Source: Microgenomates group bacterium GW2011_GWC1_46_15 (GTDB lineage: Bacteria; Patescibacteriota; Microgenomatia; UBA1400; UBA12028). Taken from it: a stretch of DNA of 64,000 nucleotides. The DNA lies in contig LCLX01000001.1 of assembly GCA_001002285.1 (NCBI GenBank), positions 30 through 64,029 of the forward strand. Direction: 5' to 3'. This document shows positions 28,757 to 38,714 of the stretch, one piece after another (position 1 is the first letter of the stretch; each line of letters opens with the position of its first letter). Under the pieces are notes generated by a model that worked only from the letters and a program-made list of their open reading frames with translations, was not told the origin of the DNA and made no database searches. Made by a program: the position numbers and the translations under genes.

Positions 28757-30169
28757 TTGTTATTCCCCTCCTTTTTCGTTAGTATGGAAGCTACTATGAG
28801 TGATGGAAACTTTGAGGGCGGAGCTCCGTCCACATCAGCACCAATAGCTCCGGTAGTAGATACGCCGGCGGTGCAGCCACCTCCATCCAATGAGGTCTCT
28901 GTAGAACAAGAGGCAACCAAGCGGTGGACTCCACCAAATCTTGATGACATTCCAGAGATGAAAAACGCAAAAAAACTTGGAGACAAAGAAACAAGCACAG
29001 ACTATGCGGCGTTCAAAAAAAGAGATAAGGATGGGAGCCTCATTCACGTTGATTTATCTGGAATGACCGACGAACAGAAAGAAAAAATCGATGGAATAGA
29101 CACATACTACGAGTTTGGGGGACAAACCGCGTATCATGATTTTGCAACATGGGCGGCCTCCGAAAAAGTTGGATTGTATGAGGAAAGGAAAAGCGAAGGC
29201 GGCCAAACAATAGGATTTCTTCCAAAAGAAGGAGTAAGTGTTAAAGACGCGTTTGATAGATTTCTCATTGAATCAGATAAAGGAAAAGCTATCGTCGCTT
29301 CAAAAACGACAGAAGTAGAAAAACAACGCGTGCGCCAAGAAGCAGATGGAGAATTTCTTGAGGGGATTGAAAAAGCGGTCGAAGACAGGAATTTGGGGGA
29401 GTTTACGCGACTGTATAGAGAAAGAATACAAAACGTCCTTAGAGATGGGGGGTTGAGCGATCAAGAAGTTGAAGAAATTTTTTCTTCGCAGAACGCATTT
29501 GTCCAAACGCTGAGAGAAATTGCAAGTAAAGGTGATCAAGATACAGAGGAAAAACCAACTGATGATGGAGTAAAAAAAGAACCCAAAACCCCTCTTGAAA
29601 AACTACTAGCGGGGGGAGATGAAGGAAGGCTAAAGAAACTACGAAAAAAACTTGGAGAACTTGATTTTTCTGCAGCGACAAACTTTGGAGAATCAATAGC
29701 CGCCGCAATTGAAAATGAAATGGACCTAGGAATACTTATTGATTATTTCTGCACAGGAAGGTATTACGACAAAATTGCGAAGAGCTTGGGATATAAATCA
29801 AAAGAAGAACTTGGGACAAAAGGAATTGGTCCCTCGGAAATTGAAGACTATACAAAAAGAGATCCCAAAAAAGAACTTCTCCTTTTAGCCAAGGGATTGG
29901 AAGAGGCGAGAATCATATCGGAAGAAGAATATAGAACCTATCTTGAGAGCGATTCCGCAGAAATATTAAAAAGTGAAGAATTTAGAAAAAAATTATCCAA
30001 TATTTCGAAAGAAAATAAACATAAATTTGATGAAGGGATTGTGAAAGAAATGAATAGGCTTGGACATGAAATCTCAAGAGAAGGGTTTGCATATTTAATG
30101 ATGATTCCTGAAAATGTAAAAAATCTTGGAGGAAATCAAACAAAAAACGAAGAACATGAGCAAGAGTAA
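28757..30169 (+). CDS. hypothetical acidic protein (ORFan), AT-rich island
   Basis: 470 aa, E/K-rich, no signal peptide or known motif; distinctly lower GC than flanks. Confidence 0.4.
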   Translation: MLFPSFFVSMEATMSDGNFEGGAPSTSAPIAPVVDTPAVQPPPSNEVSVEQEATKRWTPPNLDDIPEMKNAKKLGDKETSTDYAAFKKRDKDGSLIHVDLSGMTDEQKEKIDGIDTYYEFGGQTAYHDFATWAASEKVGLYEERKSEGGQTIGFLPKEGVSVKDAFDRFLIESDKGKAIVASKTTEVEKQRVRQEADGEFLEGIEKAVEDRNLGEFTRLYRERIQNVLRDGGLSDQEVEEIFSSQNAFVQTLREIASKGDQDTEEKPTDDGVKKEPKTPLEKLLAGGDEGRLKKLRKKLGELDFSAATNFGESIAAAIENEMDLGILIDYFCTGRYYDKIAKSLGYKSKEELGTKGIGPSEIEDYTKRDPKKELLLLAKGLEEARIISEEEYRTYLESDSAEILKSEEFRKKLSNISKENKHKFDEGIVKEMNRLGHEISREGFAYLMMIPENVKNLGGNQTKNEEHEQE

Positions 30170-30191
30170 TATTGCATGGTAAAATAACGGT

Positions 30192-32738
30192 ATGAATCCA
30201 GGATCGGGCTTATCAGGTTTTGAGAGAGGGAGATATTTTGATGCTCCAAAAGATGCTGGTGGCAACGTTATTCAACCCACCGCGTTAAACGAAATTAAAC
30301 TAGATGGCCAGCATCCCTACGTTGCCGTAGATCTTTGGGAACAGTATTCTCTTGATCGGCTTCGAGAAAAAGAATCTTTCATTAGAGAGGCATTAATTTT
30401 ATTAAATGCGGCGAAATCTCATCCAAAAATAACACCAGAAGATTTGGCGGCAATAGAACAGCTATCGAAACGAATTACAGACATTATTGCGAGACTTCCG
30501 GAAAAAGAAAAAGGAACAGACACAATAAAAAAATATTTACTTCGAAGAAAATCAATAGACCAAGTAACCTACGAGAGACTTACAACAACAGAGGCTGGTG
30601 CACGAGCAATTGCGAGAATGCTTATTGACGAAATGCATGTGCAAATAGGGATTATCCAAGACTCAGACAAAATTTATATTAACTCGGATATTGCATCTTG
30701 GAAATTTGAAATACAATCAGGACTAGAAACAGATCTCAAGTCCTTAGGAGAGTCTCTTCAGTCTTTAAGTCCAAGCCACGAAAAAATAGGAGAGCAGTTT
30801 CTCACAGATCTTTTTGCCATTTCGAAGTTAACAAAACTATGTAATGGATTAGAGAGTACACAAAAGAATGCTAAAGGAACGGCGGAGTATCTTGATAGTA
30901 TTAAAGTTCATCTCACAGACGGACAGAAAAAAAGAATAATTGCCATAGCTGGAAAGGAATATTGCGAGAAAGATGGAAGGTATTTAGCGCAGGATGTTCA
31001 TGATGCCTTAGTAATGTATGAGGCTTTATGTGCTCCAGAAATAATGACTATTGAAACGGAAGATGGAACAATTATTCATGGATATCCTGTTAAAACTAAA
31101 TATAATGCATTTCCCCAAAGTATCGCTTCAAATATAGAAATAAGATACGCAATTAGAAGAGCAATAGGTGCGATTCGTGGAGAAAATCCCACAGAACTTG
31201 GGCAATTGGGACGCGACTTGACTGTAGCTCTTGCAGAAAAAGATCCAAAAGAAAAAAGAAGAAAGATAAAAAAACTTTTAGAAGAGAATATTTCTTTTTA
31301 TAAGGAAAAGGCAAAAACAGATGAAAAAGCAAAAATGGACGATGCGGGAACAACAAAACATTCTTGGTTTGCGGAACTAATGGCGATTAATTATCTTGAA
31401 GGAGAAGTATATTCTGCGCATTATGATGCTGGACAAATAAAAAAGGACTCAAGCGGACAACCTATTCTTGGAAGCAGTGGCTATCCAATCATTGATCGCT
31501 TCGGTGGATGCGCCGCAACGTATAAGTTTGCCGTTGTTACTAATGCGGCGGCCGGCATGGCGAAATATAGTATTCCCGGAGAAGCGGAGCGAGGAGACCC
31601 AGGACCACCAATCTTAAGAAATATTTTAGTTGCTCCACTACTTCCATTAGATGAATACCTTTTTATTGAGGAAGGGAAGCGTGGGACAGCGAGCAGATTA
31701 ATGGGAATGACTTTACGTGAAGCAATTTTTAATACAACCTCTGCAGAAGAATTAGAACAGGTTTGGAATAGTTCCGCAGAGAATCTTATTAACGCAGATG
31801 AACAAGTTCAGGGGGCCATACATGAGGGGTGGGCATTTTGGGAGATGATGGTGAAGGGTATGGGAATTAAATTTTCTAAGATTGCCCACGTTGCTGAATG
31901 GTCAGAGGGACTTGACATAGAAATAGATCCATCCATAGAAACCAAATTAAAGGGGGTGTCGAGCGGAATAGAATACTGGCTAATAAGGGATAATATTAGA
32001 AATAAAAATTCTATTCAAAAACTTTTTGTGAAAGAATTTGGATCAGGAACCGATTGGAGAAAAGAATACATAAGATACAAAAAGTTCGAGGCAGTTGTAG
32101 TTGGGATAAAAAGGAGCGGGGGAGATGTTGATTTAGCGGTTCAGCAATTTCAAAGAAATGAAGGATTAACACAAAATATTGTGGACACATACAAAAAAAT
32201 ATACAACGAATTGCGCAAAATTGCCTCACAGGACTTTGATTTGGCGGAGGGTTGGGATAAGGGATCTCCTGGCGAAAATGATGAATATTTTATGAGATTT
32301 TCTGAGCGCGTGTTCACAAGAATTTTTGGTATTGATATAAAACAGACCAAGGAAGGAAAGTATGGAGAATTTGTTAAAGAAATTTTCAAAAATGACGTAA
32401 CTGATTGGATAAGGACAATGAAAAAATTTGTTATAGGGCTTCTTGTTATAGGACAAATACAACTCAATAAAGAGGCAGCAAACATTCAAAAAGATGATGT
32501 GCTCGCTATAAAAGCAATGTTAAATTATGATTTTTGGCACCATGAGCAAGAACGGCTTTCCGTGAAAATAGTGAGAGCGATGCGGGGAATTAGTGGTAAA
32601 ACAATTGAATTTACCGGAGTTGGTCTGTTTGAGCAAGATGAAGTTAATGCAATTATGAAAGATGCCGGAGTTCCGCGTGGAGTCATTGTTGACGCAGAGC
32701 ACGTGTGGAAAAGAGTACAGCAAATCAAACACGGTTAA
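30192..32738 (+). CDS. hypothetical large protein (ORFan), AT-rich island
   Basis: 848 aa, no recognisable catalytic motif; 23-nt spacing from upstream ORFan (operonic). Confidence 0.4.
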   Translation: MNPGSGLSGFERGRYFDAPKDAGGNVIQPTALNEIKLDGQHPYVAVDLWEQYSLDRLREKESFIREALILLNAAKSHPKITPEDLAAIEQLSKRITDIIARLPEKEKGTDTIKKYLLRRKSIDQVTYERLTTTEAGARAIARMLIDEMHVQIGIIQDSDKIYINSDIASWKFEIQSGLETDLKSLGESLQSLSPSHEKIGEQFLTDLFAISKLTKLCNGLESTQKNAKGTAEYLDSIKVHLTDGQKKRIIAIAGKEYCEKDGRYLAQDVHDALVMYEALCAPEIMTIETEDGTIIHGYPVKTKYNAFPQSIASNIEIRYAIRRAIGAIRGENPTELGQLGRDLTVALAEKDPKEKRRKIKKLLEENISFYKEKAKTDEKAKMDDAGTTKHSWFAELMAINYLEGEVYSAHYDAGQIKKDSSGQPILGSSGYPIIDRFGGCAATYKFAVVTNAAAGMAKYSIPGEAERGDPGPPILRNILVAPLLPLDEYLFIEEGKRGTASRLMGMTLREAIFNTTSAEELEQVWNSSAENLINADEQVQGAIHEGWAFWEMMVKGMGIKFSKIAHVAEWSEGLDIEIDPSIETKLKGVSSGIEYWLIRDNIRNKNSIQKLFVKEFGSGTDWRKEYIRYKKFEAVVVGIKRSGGDVDLAVQQFQRNEGLTQNIVDTYKKIYNELRKIASQDFDLAEGWDKGSPGENDEYFMRFSERVFTRIFGIDIKQTKEGKYGEFVKEIFKNDVTDWIRTMKKFVIGLLVIGQIQLNKEAANIQKDDVLAIKAMLNYDFWHHEQERLSVKIVRAMRGISGKTIEFTGVGLFEQDEVNAIMKDAGVPRGVIVDAEHVWKRVQQIKHG

Positions 32739-32749
32739 TTACTTCTGTC

Positions 32750-34531
32750 TTAAACTGGAAATCCCTCATCACCTTTTACCGATTCGTTCCTACTAGGCTG
32801 GAGATTTGAGATAGTTTCTTTACGCTTCTTTGTTTCAGGTGTCTCTGGCACTTTTTCTGGCGTGAGAACCTGACCAATTTGCTCCGCTATTTTAATATTT
32901 GTAATCTGCTGGTTAGCGAACTTCGCAACTTTATCAACTTGTGGTGCCACGTATTTTATTGTAGCAGGGGCAACAGCCCCAACGCCAGTTCCTATAAGTC
33001 CTCCAGCGAGCATTTTGCCAACACCCTGTCCACGTTGCGAATATGCACCAACAGCTGCCCCCCCAATAGCACCAAGAGAGGAAGTTGCTCCAAGAGAAAG
33101 CGCTTCTGGGAGGATTTTTCCCATTCCTGGTAATGTGGGACCAATTCCAGGGACCAGTTGTCCACCCTTCCATCCTTTACCCAGATTTTCTCCAATCTTC
33201 GGCAACCACTCATCCATCAATCCCTTCGCGCCAAGCCACTTTTTGCTCATCTCAACAGCCTCGGGGATAAGCATGAGAATGCCGAGGGCAATCAGACCAG
33301 ACGCAGCGCCGGAAAATCCATCACCCACTGTAATTTGTGGAGCCTGGAACCCACCGGTATCACCCGCGCGGTATCCAATACTTCCTTTTCCGCTTCCGCC
33401 AAGCGCGAGTGCAAGGAAAATCATCACGATCACAACGGGGAACGGCAATAATGTCGCAGCAAGGTTTTTTATCCATTGCACAAAATCTCCGCCGTCTTTG
33501 AGCGCACCAAGCAGCAACTGGAACGGCGCAAAAATCACCGAAATAATGAATGTTACATAACTTTTCAATAATTCAAAAAAGGTTTTGATGACTGCAAAAA
33601 ACATGGCAACTGCGATAATGACATACCCAACGACACCGACTGATTTTCCAACGATGTTTGATGCAAAATCTCCAGTATTTGCGAAAAGGTTTTCCGCAAT
33701 ATCTCCAATTGCTTTTGCCGCACCACCAACAACACTCCCCTTTACTCCGCTGTCACCGATACCAAAAATAAGACCGAGACCATTTGTTACAATATCTCTT
33801 GATAGTGCGATGTCAATCAATGTAAGATTATCTCCAAACTTCGATGTATCAATCAAATTTGCAAACACCCCCGTGATGAAGTAAATCACAAGATACATGA
33901 TGTCGATCATGAAGCCGGCGATGGCATACGAAAACGTAATCAGTAGCAGCGTAATCACGAGGTTGGGGAGCGCGTTACTAATGGTAATCACGGTTTGGCC
34001 GTGCAAATTCTTGCGGAACATAATCATGAACCCAATCGCGATAAACACGAGGACAAACACAACGTACGAAAGATCGCGGAACGCTTTCCACACAGGCAAG
34101 ATGGGGTTCAAGCTCTTGAATCCGATGCCCTGCGCGTACGCCTGTGAAACAAGCGGAGAGTGTTGAAGAAGATCAGCAAGCCACAACTCGCCACTCGCAG
34201 GCGGGTTTTTAATCATCATCGCGATAGCATTTCCCATCTCAGGGACAACGCCCTTGACAACGTACTGGCCTTTTTCATCTTGCACGCCCAGCAACATTGC
34301 CCCAATGCCGCCAACTTGTGAGCCGGTGGTGTAGAGGGTGGCCGACTCAAGAGGATACGTTCCGGTTCTTGCGCTGTTGATGATGGTTTGGTCAAACGTC
34401 TGTTTCGAGGGGACAGCTTCGGCCTGCGCGTACGCAATGGGGGTGGCAAAAAACACAACAGCAAAAACGCCCAAAAACACCGCAAATATTGCGCAAAAAA
34501 ACCGGCGGCCAAACTTCCTCATATGTTTCAC
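32750..34531 (-). CDS. polytopic membrane protein, VirB6/TrbL-like (topology- and context-based)
   Basis: 593 aa; signal peptide, periplasmic domain, about 7 TM helices, Gly-rich C-terminal region. Confidence 0.4.
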   Translation of the reverse strand: MKHMRKFGRRFFCAIFAVFLGVFAVVFFATPIAYAQAEAVPSKQTFDQTIINSARTGTYPLESATLYTTGSQVGGIGAMLLGVQDEKGQYVVKGVVPEMGNAIAMMIKNPPASGELWLADLLQHSPLVSQAYAQGIGFKSLNPILPVWKAFRDLSYVVFVLVFIAIGFMIMFRKNLHGQTVITISNALPNLVITLLLITFSYAIAGFMIDIMYLVIYFITGVFANLIDTSKFGDNLTLIDIALSRDIVTNGLGLIFGIGDSGVKGSVVGGAAKAIGDIAENLFANTGDFASNIVGKSVGVVGYVIIAVAMFFAVIKTFFELLKSYVTFIISVIFAPFQLLLGALKDGGDFVQWIKNLAATLLPFPVVIVMIFLALALGGSGKGSIGYRAGDTGGFQAPQITVGDGFSGAASGLIALGILMLIPEAVEMSKKWLGAKGLMDEWLPKIGENLGKGWKGGQLVPGIGPTLPGMGKILPEALSLGATSSLGAIGGAAVGAYSQRGQGVGKMLAGGLIGTGVGAVAPATIKYVAPQVDKVAKFANQQITNIKIAEQIGQVLTPEKVPETPETKKRKETISNLQPSRNESVKGDEGFPV

Positions 34532-34611
34532 ATTTTACTGGCATCGTGAAGGGAACGCAACACACCTCTTTCTAGTAAAAAGACATCTTGACAAAAATAA
34601 ATCATTGTATA

Positions 34612-34952
34612 TGATGGTCATATACAACATGAAACCAAAAACAATCCTATTTCCAGAGTTATTACGGTTTGAATGGGATCGGGGAAATGAAAGAAAAAAT
34701 AAAGAGAAACATGGAGTTGAACAAAAAGAATGTGAAGAAATTTTCTTCAACGATCCACTCATTCATCTTGATATTAAACACTCGATTACGGAAACACGCC
34801 TTTTTGCTTTGGGAAAAACACGCGAAGGGAGATATTTGTGCCTTATTTTTACGGTAAGAAAGGAATGTGTGCGGGTGATTTCTGCTCGAGATCAAAGTAA
34901 GGAAGAGCGATCAGCATATACAACACATAAAAGAAAGGGAAAGAAGAGGTAA
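34612..34952 (+). CDS. brnT: BrnT ribonuclease toxin (DUF497)
   Basis: FEWDRGNERKNKEKHGVEQKECEEIFFNDP...ISARDQSKEER matches BrnT motif (FEWD..K...N..KHGV; ISAR). Confidence 0.75.
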
Positions 34953-34957
34953 ATAGT

Positions 34958-35236
34958 ATGAAAAAAATGAAAAAATCTATTCCGGTCTTCAAAAACGAGC
35001 GCGATGAAGCGAGATTTTGGTTGTCGCACGATACGACCCAATATATTGATTGGAGTAACGCCGCGCGCGCCGAGTTTCCCAACCTCAAACCAACCACGAA
35101 AACGATTACGTTGCGCCTTCCCATGATGTTGTTGAACAGCATTAAGAAGTTGGCAAACAAAAAAGACGTGCCGTATCAATCGCTCATGAAGGTGTTTCTT
35201 GATGAAAAAGTCAGAGAAGAAATGCTCACACCATGA
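34958..35236 (+). CDS. brnA: BrnA antitoxin
   Basis: 92 aa; ITLRLPMMLLNSIKKLANKKDVPYQSLMKVFL RHH-like C-terminus typical of BrnA; 5 nt after brnT. Confidence 0.7.
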   Translation: MKKMKKSIPVFKNERDEARFWLSHDTTQYIDWSNAARAEFPNLKPTTKTITLRLPMMLLNSIKKLANKKDVPYQSLMKVFLDEKVREEMLTP

Positions 35237-35248
35237 TAGAATCAGGGC

Positions 35249-38200
35249 ATGCGGCTACGCTCAAAAATTTCTTTTTTCGTCTCCAGGGAACCCTCCACCC
35301 TGAGTTCCTCAAAAAGGAAATATCTCGCATATTGTATTTTTCTCATCATACTTTTTGCTTTTGAAATTTTTGCCACGCTTGCACCGATCAAAGCATTTGC
35401 CGCGGGTAACGTTCTTGGCACACACCTCGCATTTTTTGACCCGGGCAATCAAATTCGCATCCTTCAGTTCATTAAGTCGCTCAAACCACCCGCACAGTAT
35501 CCTATAACCGCGGTTGCGGAAATCAGTTGGGGAGAGGACAGTAATAATTCGCTCACCAGCCTAGTGGCGGAGCTAAACGCAGGGGATTATGCAATTAACC
35601 TTCGTATTGCTGGACTGGCAGCGGACACAACACCAGCTCAGGTGGTCGCGCTCGCACAAAAACTCAATCAAGTTACATGGGTGTATGGCAAACCCATCAT
35701 CATTTTTGGAAACGAAGATAATAATATTGATGTTGAGTGGTATTTTTCTGATCTTAGCGTTGCATCAGCAAAGTACGCCGAGTTATTTACCGCGTTCGCG
35801 GGTGCGTTGGACACATCTAAAATGGATTTGTCTGCCGCGCCAATTCCAGAACACCCCAAATATCCACAAAGCGCGTTTTTAAACGGCGCGGCAACCGTAT
35901 TTAAAAGTCCAAAAATTTCAGCATTTGTATTTAACTTGTACGACAACGGCGCTGGCTCGTTTGAGCCGTCCGGGTGGAGAACTCAGCAAGCCTTTGAGGG
36001 GATTAAGCCTCGCAAAGTATTAACCGAGTTTGGTCCAAACCCGCAAAATCCAGCAGACAATACATATAAAAATTGGTCGGAGTTCCTCAAGAAATATGAA
36101 AATACCCTTCCTGAGGGGTTCCAAACCGCAACGGTGTTAGTCCCGAACTTGTGCGATAAAACGACAACGCTCGCGAATCAGTGGTACTACTACATTCTCG
36201 GCAATTTTTACGACTCAAACCTCAATGAAATTGATGAGTCATGTTCAGCGCAAACGGGAACCGTAATTTTTCCTGGGCCTGACGATATTCTTTCCTCTTG
36301 TGCAGCAACAGGCGGTGGTGCGGCGTGCGAGTCAAAGTTTCAGGAAGTTGCATCAAAGTACATGATGACGTGCTCGCCCGTTATTACGTTTAAGCCGAGC
36401 ATTGATCCCGCAGGCGAGGAAATTAAAATAGGGTCGTTTGTGGGAACGCTTCTTGATTATTGTGCGAACAGGCAGTCGGATAACAACTGTATTTTTGATC
36501 CGGTAAAAAACACGATTGATGTGAATGCGTCTAGTGCGACATTCCCGTATATACGGAGCCAAACTCCTGGCCGCACGGGTAGCCTTGAAGGATTTTTTAC
36601 CACGGATACCCAGCGTACGCGGACCAATGTAAATGATTTTACACAGTACTCACCGCTTTCCAAACTTCAACCAGCGGGATTAACGTGCAAGCAAAATATC
36701 CAACAACTTGAGTCCGTGGAAACGTTGTGCCGCGAGTTTTCTGATCCACTGAAACAAGGAAGAATGGCGGATAACCAACCGTCACTTGTTGAGAAATTCC
36801 GGTCTGCGCTTGGGCTTAAACCTGGCGCTTGCGACCTTAATGCAACAATTGATGGAAAAAAGTACCTCGATATCTTGAAAGATGTGCGGGATACAATGGG
36901 TGGCAATGCACAAAGCTATTGTACTTCTGACACATTTTTACATCCGCAGGCAGATACAGAAACTACATTGGTGAAACTCGTCATGCGGGTACAGCCGGTA
37001 CTCCGTGCGGCATATAAAAAAGCGTACTTTGTTATTTATCTCCAAGCGCCTTCAGAAAATACGGATGCGGCATCAGCATTAATAAGCGCGCTTTTTCACA
37101 CAAAAGACAAAGGTCAGGAGCTTTTCAAAGTCGTTCCCGTGCTCATTCCCGCAACGTTTGGATCACAGAAGGACGACAGCGATATTTACCGCATTGACGG
37201 AACAAAAGTTGAGGGAGCGTCGTTTAACGGAGCATACACACAAACAATTTCTCCACTCTTGAGTGGAAATGCACAAAAGAATATCTCAGATAAACTTATT
37301 GAGGATGAACAAACCATCTTTTCCCAAATGCAGAGATTGGGTGGGTCGGCACCGGGGAATCCTGACTTACTTAATGTTTCTGGATGTGTTCCAGGGCCAG
37401 AAAGTCAAACATCACTTGCATGCCAGTTTGCTTCCCGCGTAAACGCAGGGCTACAAAAACATGAGTTTACAATTCCAAATCAAAAGGGAACGTGCGAGTT
37501 TCACGAAGAAGTTGCTGGTGGGCAAACTGCACAGGTTTTAAACACGCCGGTTAAAGCAGGATTTTTAGACACCATTCTTGCATTTTTCTCCTCACTCTTT
37601 GAACCACAAAAGTCCGACATAAGTGTTACGGGAAATATTAACGCAGGAAAACTTGACGAGATTTCGGAAGAACAGGCAAAACTCCGCGTCTTTTTGCTTA
37701 TTCCACGCTCAGAATTCGGCCTTATTAAATACACGGAAAAAGCATTATACCAGGCGATTGTTCCGGATGCGGCGTCACAAAAAGTTTTTACGGAAGTAAA
37801 AGAGGGAAAGATTTTAGACACGAATGAGTTTTTACGGACACAGGGAGTGATGTTGAATGAACAGGGTGGCGCAAAACGTTCGTATTTAACAAACGCATCA
37901 CCCGCGCCCGTTATTCCTCCCGCAACACCTGTGCCGATCACGACAGAACTGACCGCGTCGTTCAAGCCCCAAGGAGACGCAAACCCGCTTCTGTATGGAG
38001 GGTGGTTAGCGCGCATGATTCACTCGTTTACCGCAAACGTGCTTGCTCCCGTAGCCTCAACAATTTATGATGCCAGCTACGAAACAACGAAAGGTTTAGA
38101 GAACTATTGGTTAAGGGGGGGGAAAGGAATGGGTTTGAACTACGGCAAGGAAATTACCTCATGCGATGGATACCGTCAGCAAACAACGATGATGCCCAAC

Positions 38201-38710
38201 ATTGCTGGAGTGAAACAGCAAATTTGTGACGTTGCCACAAAATATAACATTCCATATCAAGTGCTTTGGGGAACGTTTAAGATCGAAGGAGGGCGCGCGA
38301 GATCACGTGCATATAATGGCGGCGGGACGGTTGCTTGCAGCGTGAACTCTGTTGGAGCGGTTGGACCATTGCAGCATCTCGAAGATATCTGTCGCCCCGG
38401 CCAGATATCGCAGGAAAATGAAGCTCAAGGGAAAAATGTATGCGATTTTAATATTGGACTGGACGTAACGGCGCAAATTTATAAACGCTTTACCAATGAT
38501 CCGAATTATCAATATGCAGACGGGAAACCAAATTGGTATTGGATAACGGGGGAGTATAACATGGGTGGTAAAGTAACAGGATTTGGGCCCAAGTGCGAAG
38601 GTGCGCCAGCGACCGACGGATGTAATGGAGCAAACTATTGCGTCTGTGCAATAGAAACATTTGCAGATGAGATTTCTTGTCCCAATGCTCCGGAATTACT
38701 GAATATATAA
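35249..38710 (+). CDS. large secreted protein with C-terminal lysozyme-like/SLT-type domain (VirB1-like candidate)
   Basis: 1153 aa; signal peptide/TM; C-terminal KIEGGRARSRAYNGGGTVACSVNSVGAVGPLQHLEDI resembles the ES...GA.GLMQ transglycosylase motif. Confidence 0.45.
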   Translation: MRLRSKISFFVSREPSTLSSSKRKYLAYCIFLIILFAFEIFATLAPIKAFAAGNVLGTHLAFFDPGNQIRILQFIKSLKPPAQYPITAVAEISWGEDSNNSLTSLVAELNAGDYAINLRIAGLAADTTPAQVVALAQKLNQVTWVYGKPIIIFGNEDNNIDVEWYFSDLSVASAKYAELFTAFAGALDTSKMDLSAAPIPEHPKYPQSAFLNGAATVFKSPKISAFVFNLYDNGAGSFEPSGWRTQQAFEGIKPRKVLTEFGPNPQNPADNTYKNWSEFLKKYENTLPEGFQTATVLVPNLCDKTTTLANQWYYYILGNFYDSNLNEIDESCSAQTGTVIFPGPDDILSSCAATGGGAACESKFQEVASKYMMTCSPVITFKPSIDPAGEEIKIGSFVGTLLDYCANRQSDNNCIFDPVKNTIDVNASSATFPYIRSQTPGRTGSLEGFFTTDTQRTRTNVNDFTQYSPLSKLQPAGLTCKQNIQQLESVETLCREFSDPLKQGRMADNQPSLVEKFRSALGLKPGACDLNATIDGKKYLDILKDVRDTMGGNAQSYCTSDTFLHPQADTETTLVKLVMRVQPVLRAAYKKAYFVIYLQAPSENTDAASALISALFHTKDKGQELFKVVPVLIPATFGSQKDDSDIYRIDGTKVEGASFNGAYTQTISPLLSGNAQKNISDKLIEDEQTIFSQMQRLGGSAPGNPDLLNVSGCVPGPESQTSLACQFASRVNAGLQKHEFTIPNQKGTCEFHEEVAGGQTAQVLNTPVKAGFLDTILAFFSSLFEPQKSDISVTGNINAGKLDEISEEQAKLRVFLLIPRSEFGLIKYTEKALYQAIVPDAASQKVFTEVKEGKILDTNEFLRTQGVMLNEQGGAKRSYLTNASPAPVIPPATPVPITTELTASFKPQGDANPLLYGGWLARMIHSFTANVLAPVASTIYDASYETTKGLENYWLRGGKGMGLNYGKEITSCDGYRQQTTMMPNIAGVKQQICDVATKYNIPYQVLWGTFKIEGGRARSRAYNGGGTVACSVNSVGAVGPLQHLEDICRPGQISQENEAQGKNVCDFNIGLDVTAQIYKRFTNDPNYQYADGKPNWYWITGEYNMGGKVTGFGPKCEGAPATDGCNGANYCVCAIETFADEISCPNAPELLNI

Positions 38711-38714
38711 ACAC

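Noticed and set aside
33015-33560. 181-aa plus-strand ORF (Pro/Ala-rich) inside the VirB6-like gene
   Set aside because: Antisense shadow ORF of a Gly-rich membrane protein gene; no start context or motif.
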